Part shown: piece after piece, positions 9,777 through 18,109 of the stretch
How the letters are laid out: every line of letters starts with the position of its first letter
Position numbering within the stretch: position 1 is the first letter of the stretch
Origin: Candidatus Latescibacterota bacterium
Lineage (GTDB): Bacteria > Latescibacterota > UBA2968
Assembly: GCA_965116885.1 (NCBI GenBank)
Contig: OZ220741.1
Location: 3,712,001 to 3,776,000, forward strand
DNA length: 64,000 bases
Direction: 5' to 3'
The notes under the pieces: model-generated
What the model saw: the letters and a program-made list of their open reading frames with translations, nothing else
Databases searched by the model: none
Told to the model about the DNA's origin: nothing
Made by a program: the position numbers and the translations under genes

Positions 9777-10772
9777 TTACGGCATGGTCAAGTCTTCGTA
9801 ACCCGTCAGGTGATATTCATATCCCAGATAGTCGAGCAAATTGCACAGTGCGCGGAATGCCACACCAAAACCATCAATACCGCTAAAGCCGCCAAATTGT
9901 CCACCGCCCTTTACGTGGGGTTCCAAATCGATAAATACACCCGGCACCCCCAGTTCCTGAAACTGGCGTTGCAGGCGCGGCACGAGGGTCTTAAAATCTC
10001 GCAGGACCATTTCATGTCCGGCATCGCCTTGATCGACGGGGATAAACCGCGTCAGCCCTCGCTTTGTTGCGCTGTCCAGCATTGGCTGATTGGCCGGCGC
10101 GTTAAATCCTTTGATGTGGATCCATCCCAATCCGGGCTTTGTTTTTTTATATTCGGCAAAAACGCTGTCCGGACTGTGTCCCATGCTTTCCATATTGCCC
10201 ACATCCATGATGATACAGGTATTGGGACTGTCGATCTTTTCGTGCAACGCGATCAGTGTTTCGCCGTCTCCACCGATTAAATGCGATTCCACTTCAGAGC
10301 CATAGATTAGCCCCTCGCTTGCACACAGAGCTACAATCTCTGAGAGCTGATCTGCCGCTTGATTCAGATGCGGCCAGGGGTCGGTCCCATGTGGATGGTA
10401 ATAGCTAAATCCGCGGATGAGTTTTGTGTCAAATGCATGGGCGAGTTCGATGGCGCGTTTGACATCTGTCTCCAGATATTCCTTAAACGGCACATAGCGA
10501 TTGTCTGTACCGTCATCCACGTCCAGCAATTTCACTTTTCCAAGCGGGGAACCAATGCTCGATACCGAAATACCAAATTCACCGTGCAATTTTTGGAGTT
10601 GTACAATCTCCTGCGCGGTTAATTCCATTGCGTTCTTTACCCCGTTGCCTACGTCGATAAACCGGATTGTGTAATAAGACAAGCCAAGCGCGCGCATCAT
10701 GGTAAATTGCTCTTCGGCGCGCTTGCTCACCGGTCCTTCGTCGGCAAAACCCGATAAAATCACCTCTGCCAC
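9777..10772 (-). CDS. sugar phosphate isomerase/epimerase (xylose isomerase-like TIM barrel)
   Basis: ILSGFADE, SSIGSPLGK, IRGFSYY, MDVGN, WIHIK and DLEPH motifs. Confidence 0.85.
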   Translation of the reverse strand: MAEVILSGFADEGPVSKRAEEQFTMMRALGLSYYTIRFIDVGNGVKNAMELTAQEIVQLQKLHGEFGISVSSIGSPLGKVKLLDVDDGTDNRYVPFKEYLETDVKRAIELAHAFDTKLIRGFSYYHPHGTDPWPHLNQAADQLSEIVALCASEGLIYGSEVESHLIGGDGETLIALHEKIDSPNTCIIMDVGNMESMGHSPDSVFAEYKKTKPGLGWIHIKGFNAPANQPMLDSATKRGLTRFIPVDQGDAGHEMVLRDFKTLVPRLQRQFQELGVPGVFIDLEPHVKGGGQFGGFSGIDGFGVAFRALCNLLDYLGYEYHLTGYEDLTMP

Positions 10773-10786
10773 AATAATACTCCTTT

Positions 10787-11245
10787 CTATGAATTAGGCC
10801 AGGTCACTGGAATAAGTCGCAGTGTGCCATTGCCTTGATCGCAACCTGGCGTAATCTCAATTGATTGACTCGTTTTGTAATCCGCCCCCTCCAATACGAC
10901 ACTTGTTGAAAAAGTACACGATCCTCCGGGGGCTATTTCAGCGGGTGTACATATATCTTCGCTTATCCCCAATGGGGTGCCGTTATCACCCAACACACGC
11001 ACGCGCACCTTAAGACCCGTGAGTTCCAAACCCGATTGACTGTCAACCGTGCCCTGAATGTAGATAATATTCACACTTGTAGGCGAACCGGCATCGCCCG
11101 CAGGCGCATTAACAGTTTCACCTCTAATGGAGGTCAGGCTCAAAACGGTTAAATCGTCGGGTATAAAAGTACGCGAGCCGGCAGAATCATCTTTAGAGCA
11201 CGCAAAGAAAAAAAAGATAGATAAAAAACTAATGATGTATTTCAT
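10787..11245 (-). CDS. putative lipoprotein with Ig-like beta-sandwich
   Basis: MKYIISFLSIFFFFA-C lipobox, then beta-rich IQGTV...VRVRVLGDNG...IAPGGSCTF. Confidence 0.6.
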   Translation of the reverse strand: MKYIISFLSIFFFFACSKDDSAGSRTFIPDDLTVLSLTSIRGETVNAPAGDAGSPTSVNIIYIQGTVDSQSGLELTGLKVRVRVLGDNGTPLGISEDICTPAEIAPGGSCTFSTSVVLEGADYKTSQSIEITPGCDQGNGTLRLIPVTWPNS

Positions 11246-11380
11246 CGCAGTGTCCTCTGTTGTGTGATACGGCGCGTTTGACGCAACAATATACACGCCA
11301 AAATCGTATCGGGCAAGGGGGCTATCAGTTGTCAGTCCCAACCACCCAACCCCGGAGGAACGGTGCGGGGTAACTGACCA

Positions 11381-11758
11381 CTAACTGCTTTCCTCAAAAT
11401 CAAACGTCACTGCATCCTGCACACCCGATAGATTCGGACGCGGAGCAAATGCCATTGTCAATGCAATTTCCTGTACCTGTCCTGCCTCAAACCTGGAAAA
11501 CCGATGGGTTGCACGGGAAATTTCTGCCTGGTTTGAACTGCGCAATCTCCAGGTCATGATAAACGGACTGATAATCGGTACCGGTCCCGTATTGACGACA
11601 TCGGCCTGGATATTGACGCCAACAATATCACCCGCCGCATTGTGGATCGGCTCGCGGCGCACGTTGGCAATGGACATAAAATCCGAAAGAAGTTCGTTCT
11701 CGGGCGATATGGGAACGCCGCCACAACCGAGCAAAAGACATACGATGAGCCACCTCAT
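11381..11758 (-). CDS. putative lipoprotein (CARDB/Ig-like)
   Basis: MRWLIVCLLLG-C lipobox and ADVVNTGP...FEAGQVQEI pattern. Confidence 0.6.
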   Translation of the reverse strand: MRWLIVCLLLGCGGVPISPENELLSDFMSIANVRREPIHNAAGDIVGVNIQADVVNTGPVPIISPFIMTWRLRSSNQAEISRATHRFSRFEAGQVQEIALTMAFAPRPNLSGVQDAVTFDFEESS

Positions 11759-11765
11759 GGATTAT

Positions 11766-12545
11766 TTAGCCTCCAAAATACGCCATGCCCACCAGACCGA
11801 TGAGCCAGCAATAATAGGCAAATTGTGCAAAATACCCGCCACTGAGCGAGCTTAGGAGCCATCGAATGGCAAATACCCCGGACACATAAGCTACAACAGC
11901 ACCAATCAGCAGCGGCCACAGCGCGTTCATTTGCGGTGGATGGGCGAGCAAATTGCCAACTTCTAATGCGGTTGCGCCCAAAATAATGGGGATGGATAAT
12001 AAAAAAGAAAATGTTGCAGCTTCGCGACCATCCAGCCCGCGCCACAGGCCCATGCCAATGGTTGAACCCGACCTGGAAATTCCCGGCAATACGGCGGGTG
12101 CCTGTGCAAAGCCGATTAAAATTGCGTCTAAAAATGTAATTTGCACGCGGTCACCCCGCGCAAATCGCGTGCTCCACAAAATACAACCGGTCGCGATTAA
12201 GAATCCGCATACGGCGATTGGGCTGGCAAAAGCCTCTTTGAGCATGTCTTTGAACAAGATTCCCACGGCGCCAGCGGGAATAGAGCCGATGACCAACAGG
12301 TAGATTGTGTGCCAGGATGCGCTATCGCGTCGCAAACATCCGACGAGTAGGTTGCTGATTCGCGTTCGCAAGGCGGTCACTATAGCCAGCAATGTTCCAA
12401 AGTGTACGATTACTTCAAAGGTCACATTACCGGTTTGAATACCCCATGCCGCTTGTCCCAATGCGAGATGTCCCGAACTGCTTACGGGTAAAAATTCGGT
12501 CAGCCCTTGCAATAGGCCCAGGAGCATGGCTTCAAATGGTGTCAA
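11766..12545 (-). CDS. uppP: undecaprenyl-diphosphate phosphatase (BacA)
   Basis: LLQGLTEFLPVSSSGHL and PGISRSGSTI signature motifs. Confidence 0.95.
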   Translation of the reverse strand: MTPFEAMLLGLLQGLTEFLPVSSSGHLALGQAAWGIQTGNVTFEVIVHFGTLLAIVTALRTRISNLLVGCLRRDSASWHTIYLLVIGSIPAGAVGILFKDMLKEAFASPIAVCGFLIATGCILWSTRFARGDRVQITFLDAILIGFAQAPAVLPGISRSGSTIGMGLWRGLDGREAATFSFLLSIPIILGATALEVGNLLAHPPQMNALWPLLIGAVVAYVSGVFAIRWLLSSLSGGYFAQFAYYCWLIGLVGMAYFGG

Positions 12546-13356
12546 GAGATCCCCTCAGCAATTCTATCACGGGTGCCATAGATGCGTCGTTGCAGATTAC
12601 AATATCGTAAGCGCACAGATATGTAGCACTATTTTCTACGATCGCTTCGTTCAAGAATCCCACGCGGATGACACAGTCAGCATCGGCGTTGTCCACCATC
12701 TGTGCATCTTCTATAGTATCTCCCAAAAGCAGGACGCAGCCTCGTGGGGTGCTTGCATGACGCGCTTTGTTAAAGCTGTGGATTACCGGCTCGCAAAATC
12801 CCGCCACCGCGCCATGTGTATCGAATATCAATTTGTTTGCCGTTACTGTCACATTTGAAGTGAGTAAGGCTCTGATTTTTAAGAATTTTGAAATTGCGTT
12901 GCCAATGCCCGCGGATAAAATTAACAGCGGTATATCTCTGTTAGACAATATGTTAAAGAAATCGATGGCACTATCGCGCAAGCGCATGAATTCTCGTGCG
13001 GCAATGTCTTCTATTATTTCTTTGGTAAGCCCGTATTTCTGCATCATCTCAAGCGCCGCCATCCACCAGTCGTGCATGGCTTTTTGTTTTTTGCGGTGCG
13101 AGATGGTCTGCGATATTTCGAGGGGGCGATACCGCGCGTACAGGCGATCCATTTCAACGCGATATGCGTCTCCCAAATAGGCTCCGTGTGCAATTACCGA
13201 ATAAGATGTCGCATCTTGCCCATCTTCTGTTCGCGCTTTTGTCAATGTGCGATCCCAATCGCTGACCACACACAGTTGTTCTATTTCCGAATAGCGGTTC
13301 AGTTGCGCGATTTTGTCCTGCAGAGCATCCTGATCAGCAATTAATACATGGTCCAT
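12532..13356 (-). CDS. HAD hydrolase of the pyrimidine 5'-nucleotidase (UMPH-1/NT5C3-like) family
   Basis: VVSDWDRTLT, MHDWW, LILSAGIG, VIHSFNK, LLLGDT, RVGFLNE and YDIVI motifs parallel those of eukaryotic cN-III. Confidence 0.75.
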   Translation of the reverse strand: MDHVLIADQDALQDKIAQLNRYSEIEQLCVVSDWDRTLTKARTEDGQDATSYSVIAHGAYLGDAYRVEMDRLYARYRPLEISQTISHRKKQKAMHDWWMAALEMMQKYGLTKEIIEDIAAREFMRLRDSAIDFFNILSNRDIPLLILSAGIGNAISKFLKIRALLTSNVTVTANKLIFDTHGAVAGFCEPVIHSFNKARHASTPRGCVLLLGDTIEDAQMVDNADADCVIRVGFLNEAIVENSATYLCAYDIVICNDASMAPVIELLRGSLDTI

Positions 13357-13358
13357 AG

Positions 13359-14554
13359 CTATTGTTCTATCCGCTCGCTGATTTCACCTGTCTCTCTGTC
13401 TTTCACAATTCGCTTCAGGCGTCCATCGGGCATGCGCTCGGTTTTCAGGGTGACAAACTGTGCGTCTGTTTCGGTCGATGCGGTCTCCTGAGCTATTTCA
13501 CCGCCGCGCCATTCCATTTCTATCGGTTCCCATTGTTTTGTTTTTGCCGATTTGTAACACGCATCTATAATTGCATTGACAACATAGCCATCGTACAGGG
13601 TTTCCATTGGTTCGCGTCCTTCATCCCAGGCGTTGAACATATCCACGAACATGTCCGAATATCCCAGTTCGGCGACTTCGTCGCCTACGGGGAAGAGCCA
13701 TCCCGTATCGCCTTCGGCTTTTTCCGCTACATACCCTCCTTGTCCCACAGCCGTGAACATGTCAAATCCCGTGCGCAACCAGTGGTTGAGCCAGATTGTT
13801 CCTTCTGTGCCTGCGACTTCGTCCCGCAGGTCCATGCCCCCGCGAAATGCCCATCCGACCTCAAATTGTCCCATGGATCCATTTTCAAATTTGATCAATC
13901 CGATTCCGTGATCCTCTGCTTCGACTGGGTGTACGAGTGTGTCAGACCAGCACATCGCTTCGACCGGGCGAATGCCTTTGCCTATGAAGTTGCGAATAAT
14001 TTCGATGCAGTGACATCCCATATCGACAATCGCGCCACCACCTGCTTTATCTATGTCCAGAACCAATCACTGTGGGGACCGGGGTGTGTTTCGCGCGATC
14101 GCACCCACAAGATGCGTCCCAATGCGCCGTTTTTCACGGATTCGAGGGCTTTCAAGGTTTTGGGGGGATATACCAGGTCTTCTAAGTATCCGCCAAATAC
14201 GCCTGCCTTTTCCACTGCATTCAGAATTTGCTGGGCTTCATCAGCGGTGCGGCCGAGAGGTTTGGTACACAATACGGCTTTGCCGGCTTGTGCCGCGAGT
14301 GTTGCGGCTTCGAGATGCAGATCGTTGGGCAATCCGATTACCACGCCATCGGTTTCATCATCTTCAATTGCGGCTTTGAGATCCGTTGTCCATCTGGGTA
14401 TGTCCCATTCTTCCGCAAATGTTCTGGCGCGTTCTTCGGTCCGCGAATACACGACCTGCACGCGATCAATTCCCCGATGTCTGTGCAAGGTCATGGTGTA
14501 AAACATTCCGATCAGTCCGGTTCCCAACATGGTCAATTTATGTCCTTCAGCCAT
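13359..14554 (-). pseudogene. Gfo/Idh/MocA oxidoreductase split by a 1-nt frameshift (pseudogene or sequencing error)
   Basis: ORFs 14051-14635 and 13359-14066 are the N- and C-terminal halves. The junction reads TGG TTC TGG ACA TAG, and one extra G restores [11 protein letters not shown]. Confidence 0.85.
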
Positions 14555-14599
14555 TTTAAACTCCTTGTCTTTTTGTATCCTATAGGATACATTTAATAA

Positions 14600-14890
14600 A
14601 TGATAGAAATTCGTCAGACAAATGTTTACATCCAATGGTTCGACAAACTACGTGATCGACAAGCACGAGCACGTATTAATACACGGATTCGGCGTCTTTC
14701 ACTGGGCAACTTTGGCGATGTAAAACCCGTTGGACAGGGTGTCTCGGAGTTGCGAATTACCTATGGTCCAGGCTACCGCGTGTATTTTACTCAGCGAGGA
14801 CAAACACTGGTAATTCTACTTGCAGGTGGTGACAAACGAACACAAGATCAAGATATTAAAACAGCACAAAATTTAGCGCGTAATCTATGA
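14600..14890 (+). CDS. type II TA toxin, RelE/ParE family (addiction module killer protein)
   Basis: [45 protein letters not shown]. Confidence 0.92.
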   Translation: MIEIRQTNVYIQWFDKLRDRQARARINTRIRRLSLGNFGDVKPVGQGVSELRITYGPGYRVYFTQRGQTLVILLAGGDKRTQDQDIKTAQNLARNL

Positions 14891-14900
14891 GGAGGTAATC

Positions 14901-15188
14901 ATGGCAAAAACAAAAACATACCCCTGGAATGCCGCGGCCCATCTGAAAACGAAAGCAGATATCGCTGCATATCTCGAAGCCGTGCTTGAGGATGGCGATC
15001 CCAATTTAATCACTGCTGCCTTAGGCGACATTGCCTGTGCCAAAGGTATGACACAAATTGCTCGAGAAACCGGTCTTGGACGCGCAAGCCTCTACAAAGC
15101 ATTGTCACCTGAAGGTAATCCGGGTTTTGCTACGGTGCTCAAGGTTATACACGCATTGGGCTTTCGGTTGCACGCGACCCCTATTTGA
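14901..15188 (+). CDS. type II TA antitoxin, HTH addiction module antidote protein
   Basis: AYLEAVLEDGDP..I..ALGDIA..KGMTQIARETGLGRASLYKALSPEGNP. Lies directly downstream of the toxin, with GGAGG RBS. Confidence 0.92.
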   Translation: MAKTKTYPWNAAAHLKTKADIAAYLEAVLEDGDPNLITAALGDIACAKGMTQIARETGLGRASLYKALSPEGNPGFATVLKVIHALGFRLHATPI

Positions 15189-15209
15189 TTACTAAAAAGC
15201 GATCAGTAG

Positions 15210-15767
15210 TTAGCAAAACAGCGTTGGCTGAATCACGCCTTCATGCGTTAAGAGAAATTTTTTCTTCTCCATCCCCCCAGCATATCCCGTTAGATGACCG
15301 GATGCGCCGATTACGCGGTGACACGGTACCACTATTGCCACGGGATTTTTGCCATTGGCCGCGCCCACGGCTTGCGAGGCGTTCGCATTGCCCAATGCAC
15401 AGGCGATGTCGCCATAGGTTCGCGTCTCTCCAAAAGGTATCTCCAGCAAAAATTTCCATACGCGCTTCTGAAAATCCGTTCCACACAAGTCCAGTGGCAA
15501 ATCGAAAACTTTCAGCGTCCCCTTAAAATACATCGCGAGTTGTTCGTCCACCGCATTTATGATTGGATGATTCTCTGTGCGAGGCAAATTTGTCTTCGCC
15601 TGTTCCGTTTGATCACTTTCAAATGCAATCGCATGTACGCCATTATCTGAGGCCAATACGGTCAACGAGCCCAGTGGACTTGCCACGTCTTTCCATACGG
15701 TCTCTCGCGGCAATTGCTTTAACATTTGTAAATATAGCACAGCGACCTCCGTGAAGGTGAGATACAT
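15210..15767 (-). CDS. ogt: methylated-DNA--protein-cysteine S-methyltransferase
   Basis: GTDFQKRVW..L.EIPFGETRTYG, active-site PCHRV and LTGYAGG. Confidence 0.93.
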   Translation of the reverse strand: MYLTFTEVAVLYLQMLKQLPRETVWKDVASPLGSLTVLASDNGVHAIAFESDQTEQAKTNLPRTENHPIINAVDEQLAMYFKGTLKVFDLPLDLCGTDFQKRVWKFLLEIPFGETRTYGDIACALGNANASQAVGAANGKNPVAIVVPCHRVIGASGHLTGYAGGMEKKKFLLTHEGVIQPTLFC

Positions 15768-15783
15768 CTTACCTTAATTATAC

Positions 15784-15824
15784 AAAAAAACGGGACGTAT
15801 GCTCAAAAGAACATACATCCCGTT
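15784..15824 (-). terminator. intrinsic terminator
   Basis: Minus-strand hairpin AACGGGATGTATGTTC-TTTT-GAGCATACGTCCCGTT, in which both mismatches are G-U wobbles, followed by a U-run. Confidence 0.7.
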
Positions 15825-15849
15825 AAAAGGGGGAGAAAGATGGATTGGT

Positions 15850-15924
15850 TTACTCAATTGGCTTAAGACAGTATCCTACGCCTCGCACTGTGCGGATCTT
15901 TTCCTGTGCTGTGCCCAGTTTTAC
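15850..15924 (-). pseudogene. remnant of the C-terminus of an OmpR/PhoB-family response regulator
   Basis: Minus-strand translation VKLGTAQEKIRTVRGVGYCLKPIE* matches the winged-helix tail (KLG...I.TVRGVGY). An in-frame stop lies just upstream. Confidence 0.6.
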
Positions 15925-16046
15925 CTCATCTCAATTCTTGAATCCCCCCGTATTCCGTGTTATATTGAGCGATGGTTTTTTGTGCCTTCTGTGCTGTCTA
16001 TGGCTTTTTCGTCTTTTATCCGCTCATTACTCTGACCTGCGGGGTT

Positions 16047-16090
16047 TTATCCTGTTCATCCTATCATCCTGCTCATCCTGATTCTGACAG
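16047..16090. repeat. short ATCCTG-based intergenic tandem repeat
   Basis: atcctgttc-atcctatc-atcctgctc-atcctgattctgaca. Confidence 0.55.
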
Positions 16091-16095
16091 TTTCC

Positions 16096-18051
16096 ATGGC
16101 CCTTTCATCCGAAATACAAGCTGAAGCATCTCCCGCGCCGGATACGATAACGTTTCGGTCTATTTTGTTGGGGCTGGTGACCATTGCGGTTGCGACGTGG
16201 TATATGAGCTATTTTGCGGGGAATTTGGTCAAGAGCTATTTGCCCGTAGCTGCTTTGATTCCCTTTGTGATGTGGGTGGGGATCAATGTGGGGTTGATTC
16301 ATTTCTCGCCGCGATTCGCGTTGTCCCGCATTGAGTTGCTTACGATTTTTTCGATGATGTGGATTGTCGGCAGTTTGCCAGCGGTGGGGTGGGGGTTTTA
16401 TGCGGTGAGTCTGATTCCGTCGCCCGAGTTTTTCGCATCGCCGGAGAACCGTCTGCGAGATGCGGTCATTCCCTTTTTGCCCAGGTGGTTCTTTTTGGAC
16501 GCCAATATACCCGATGTACGGGCGGTGTACACCGGGCGTCATCGCGGGGATCCCGTGCCGTGGTTGCTGTGGGTGCGGCCTTTTTTCTGGTGGTTTGTCG
16601 GCTGTATCAGCGCGGTGATGGCGGGATTTTTCGGCAGCGTGCTTTTTTTTAAGCAGTGGCAGGAGAAAGAGCGTCTGGTCTTTCCCATGTCCGAGTTTCC
16701 CGTGGCTTTGATCGAGGGCGCAGATGAAGGCCGCGTGCCCGCTGTGTTGCGAGACAAAATTTTCTGGATCGGGTTCTGGTGTGTGGCCGGTGTGATTTGC
16801 TGGAATATTGTGGGCTATTTTCAACTGAATATGCCGCGGATCACGATTTTTGATCACTATCTCACCAAAGCCGTGGATTTGGGACCGTATTTTCCTGCGT
16901 ATTATTTGCGCGTGCAACCGCTGATTATGGGTTTGGCATATCTTTGTCCGGCTGATATTTTGTTCAGTGTGTGGTTTTACAATGTGATCAATATTTTTAA
17001 GGTGGGGCTGCTGAACCGAACGGGCTTTACGGTGGGATTAGAGGGACAGCCCGCCAAGGCTGGCGAGATAGCGATGCTCGAGATGCACGGTGCGCTGGCG
17101 TGTCTGGTGCTGTGGTCGGTGTGGGTTGCGCGGAAGCACTTAAAGGAGACGGTGCAAAAGGCGTTGAACCGTTCCCGCGCCGTTGATGACGGTGTGCCCG
17201 TTACGTATCGCACGGCATGGGTTGGGCTGGGGTTGGCAACGGTTGGTGTCGGCGGCTGGATGATGTCTTCGGGGGTGGGGTTCTGGGCGATGGCGGGGCA
17301 ACTCATTCTGATGTTTATGTGTTATTTTGGCATTGCGAAATACGCGGCTGCAACCGGATTTACCTATCTCAATCCCGCTGGTGGTAAGGGCGTAGCGCTG
17401 ATTCACTCTGTAATTGGTACGTCGAGACTTTCGCCCACGTCGCAGTCGATGCTGATTTTGTTCAATCGCAATGTGTTTTTGGGAGCCTCAATCCGAACGA
17501 CCTGTCTGGCTGCTATTCCGCATATTTTTCGCATGTTTGGCAATTCGCTACGCCGGCATCCGTGGATATGGGGGATGGTGCCGCTGGCGTATTTGGTCGG
17601 GTATATGAGTGCGGGTGGTTTTTATTTGTTTCGGTGTTATGACGAAGGTGGGTTGAATGGGCTGCTGGTGTCGTGGCCTATGGATTCACTCATTTCGCGG
17701 GTGCCCTATATTGAGGGCAGTAAAATATCGGTTTTTGATACGCAAAAGCTCGGTGTGTGGTTGTTTGGTTTTGCAGAAGCAGGTGTTTTGACTTATTTGC
17801 GTTCGCAGTTTGCATGGTGGCCTTTCCATCCGGTCGCCATTGCGTTTCCGCCCGGGCGATATGCGTTTTGTTTGTTGCTCGTGTGGCTGGTGAAGGTGGC
17901 TGTGTTGCGATTTGGGGGCGTGCAGCTTTACAGGCGGTCGCTGCCGTTCTGGTATGGCGCGATTGTCGGGTATTTGTTTGGCATTGCGCTGTCGAGTGTT
18001 GTGGATGCGATCTGGTTTCCAGATGGCGGACATTTTGTTCACGGTTGGTAA
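16096..18051 (+). CDS. polytopic membrane protein, DUF6785/DUF6784-like putative transporter
   Basis: Many hydrophobic helices, KQW..KERL.FP and C-terminal WWPFHPVA...K...LRFGG..LYR...PF..G. Paralog of 44321-46309. Confidence 0.7.
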   Translation: MALSSEIQAEASPAPDTITFRSILLGLVTIAVATWYMSYFAGNLVKSYLPVAALIPFVMWVGINVGLIHFSPRFALSRIELLTIFSMMWIVGSLPAVGWGFYAVSLIPSPEFFASPENRLRDAVIPFLPRWFFLDANIPDVRAVYTGRHRGDPVPWLLWVRPFFWWFVGCISAVMAGFFGSVLFFKQWQEKERLVFPMSEFPVALIEGADEGRVPAVLRDKIFWIGFWCVAGVICWNIVGYFQLNMPRITIFDHYLTKAVDLGPYFPAYYLRVQPLIMGLAYLCPADILFSVWFYNVINIFKVGLLNRTGFTVGLEGQPAKAGEIAMLEMHGALACLVLWSVWVARKHLKETVQKALNRSRAVDDGVPVTYRTAWVGLGLATVGVGGWMMSSGVGFWAMAGQLILMFMCYFGIAKYAAATGFTYLNPAGGKGVALIHSVIGTSRLSPTSQSMLILFNRNVFLGASIRTTCLAAIPHIFRMFGNSLRRHPWIWGMVPLAYLVGYMSAGGFYLFRCYDEGGLNGLLVSWPMDSLISRVPYIEGSKISVFDTQKLGVWLFGFAEAGVLTYLRSQFAWWPFHPVAIAFPPGRYAFCLLLVWLVKVAVLRFGGVQLYRRSLPFWYGAIVGYLFGIALSSVVDAIWFPDGGHFVHGW

Positions 18052-18052
18052 T

Positions 18053-18098
18053 AGGAATTAAGAATTAAGAATTAGGAATGATCTCAATTTTTAATTCT
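18053..18098. repeat. heptamer tandem repeat (A[AG]GAATT x4) with partial inverted copy
   Basis: aggaatt-aagaatt-aagaatt-aggaatg followed by aatttttaattct. Confidence 0.6.
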
Positions 18099-18109
18099 CT
18101 TTTGGGGGT

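Noticed and set aside
14040..14075. Programmed ribosomal frameshift
   Set aside because: There is no slippery heptamer or stimulatory structure at the junction. A single-base loss explains it.
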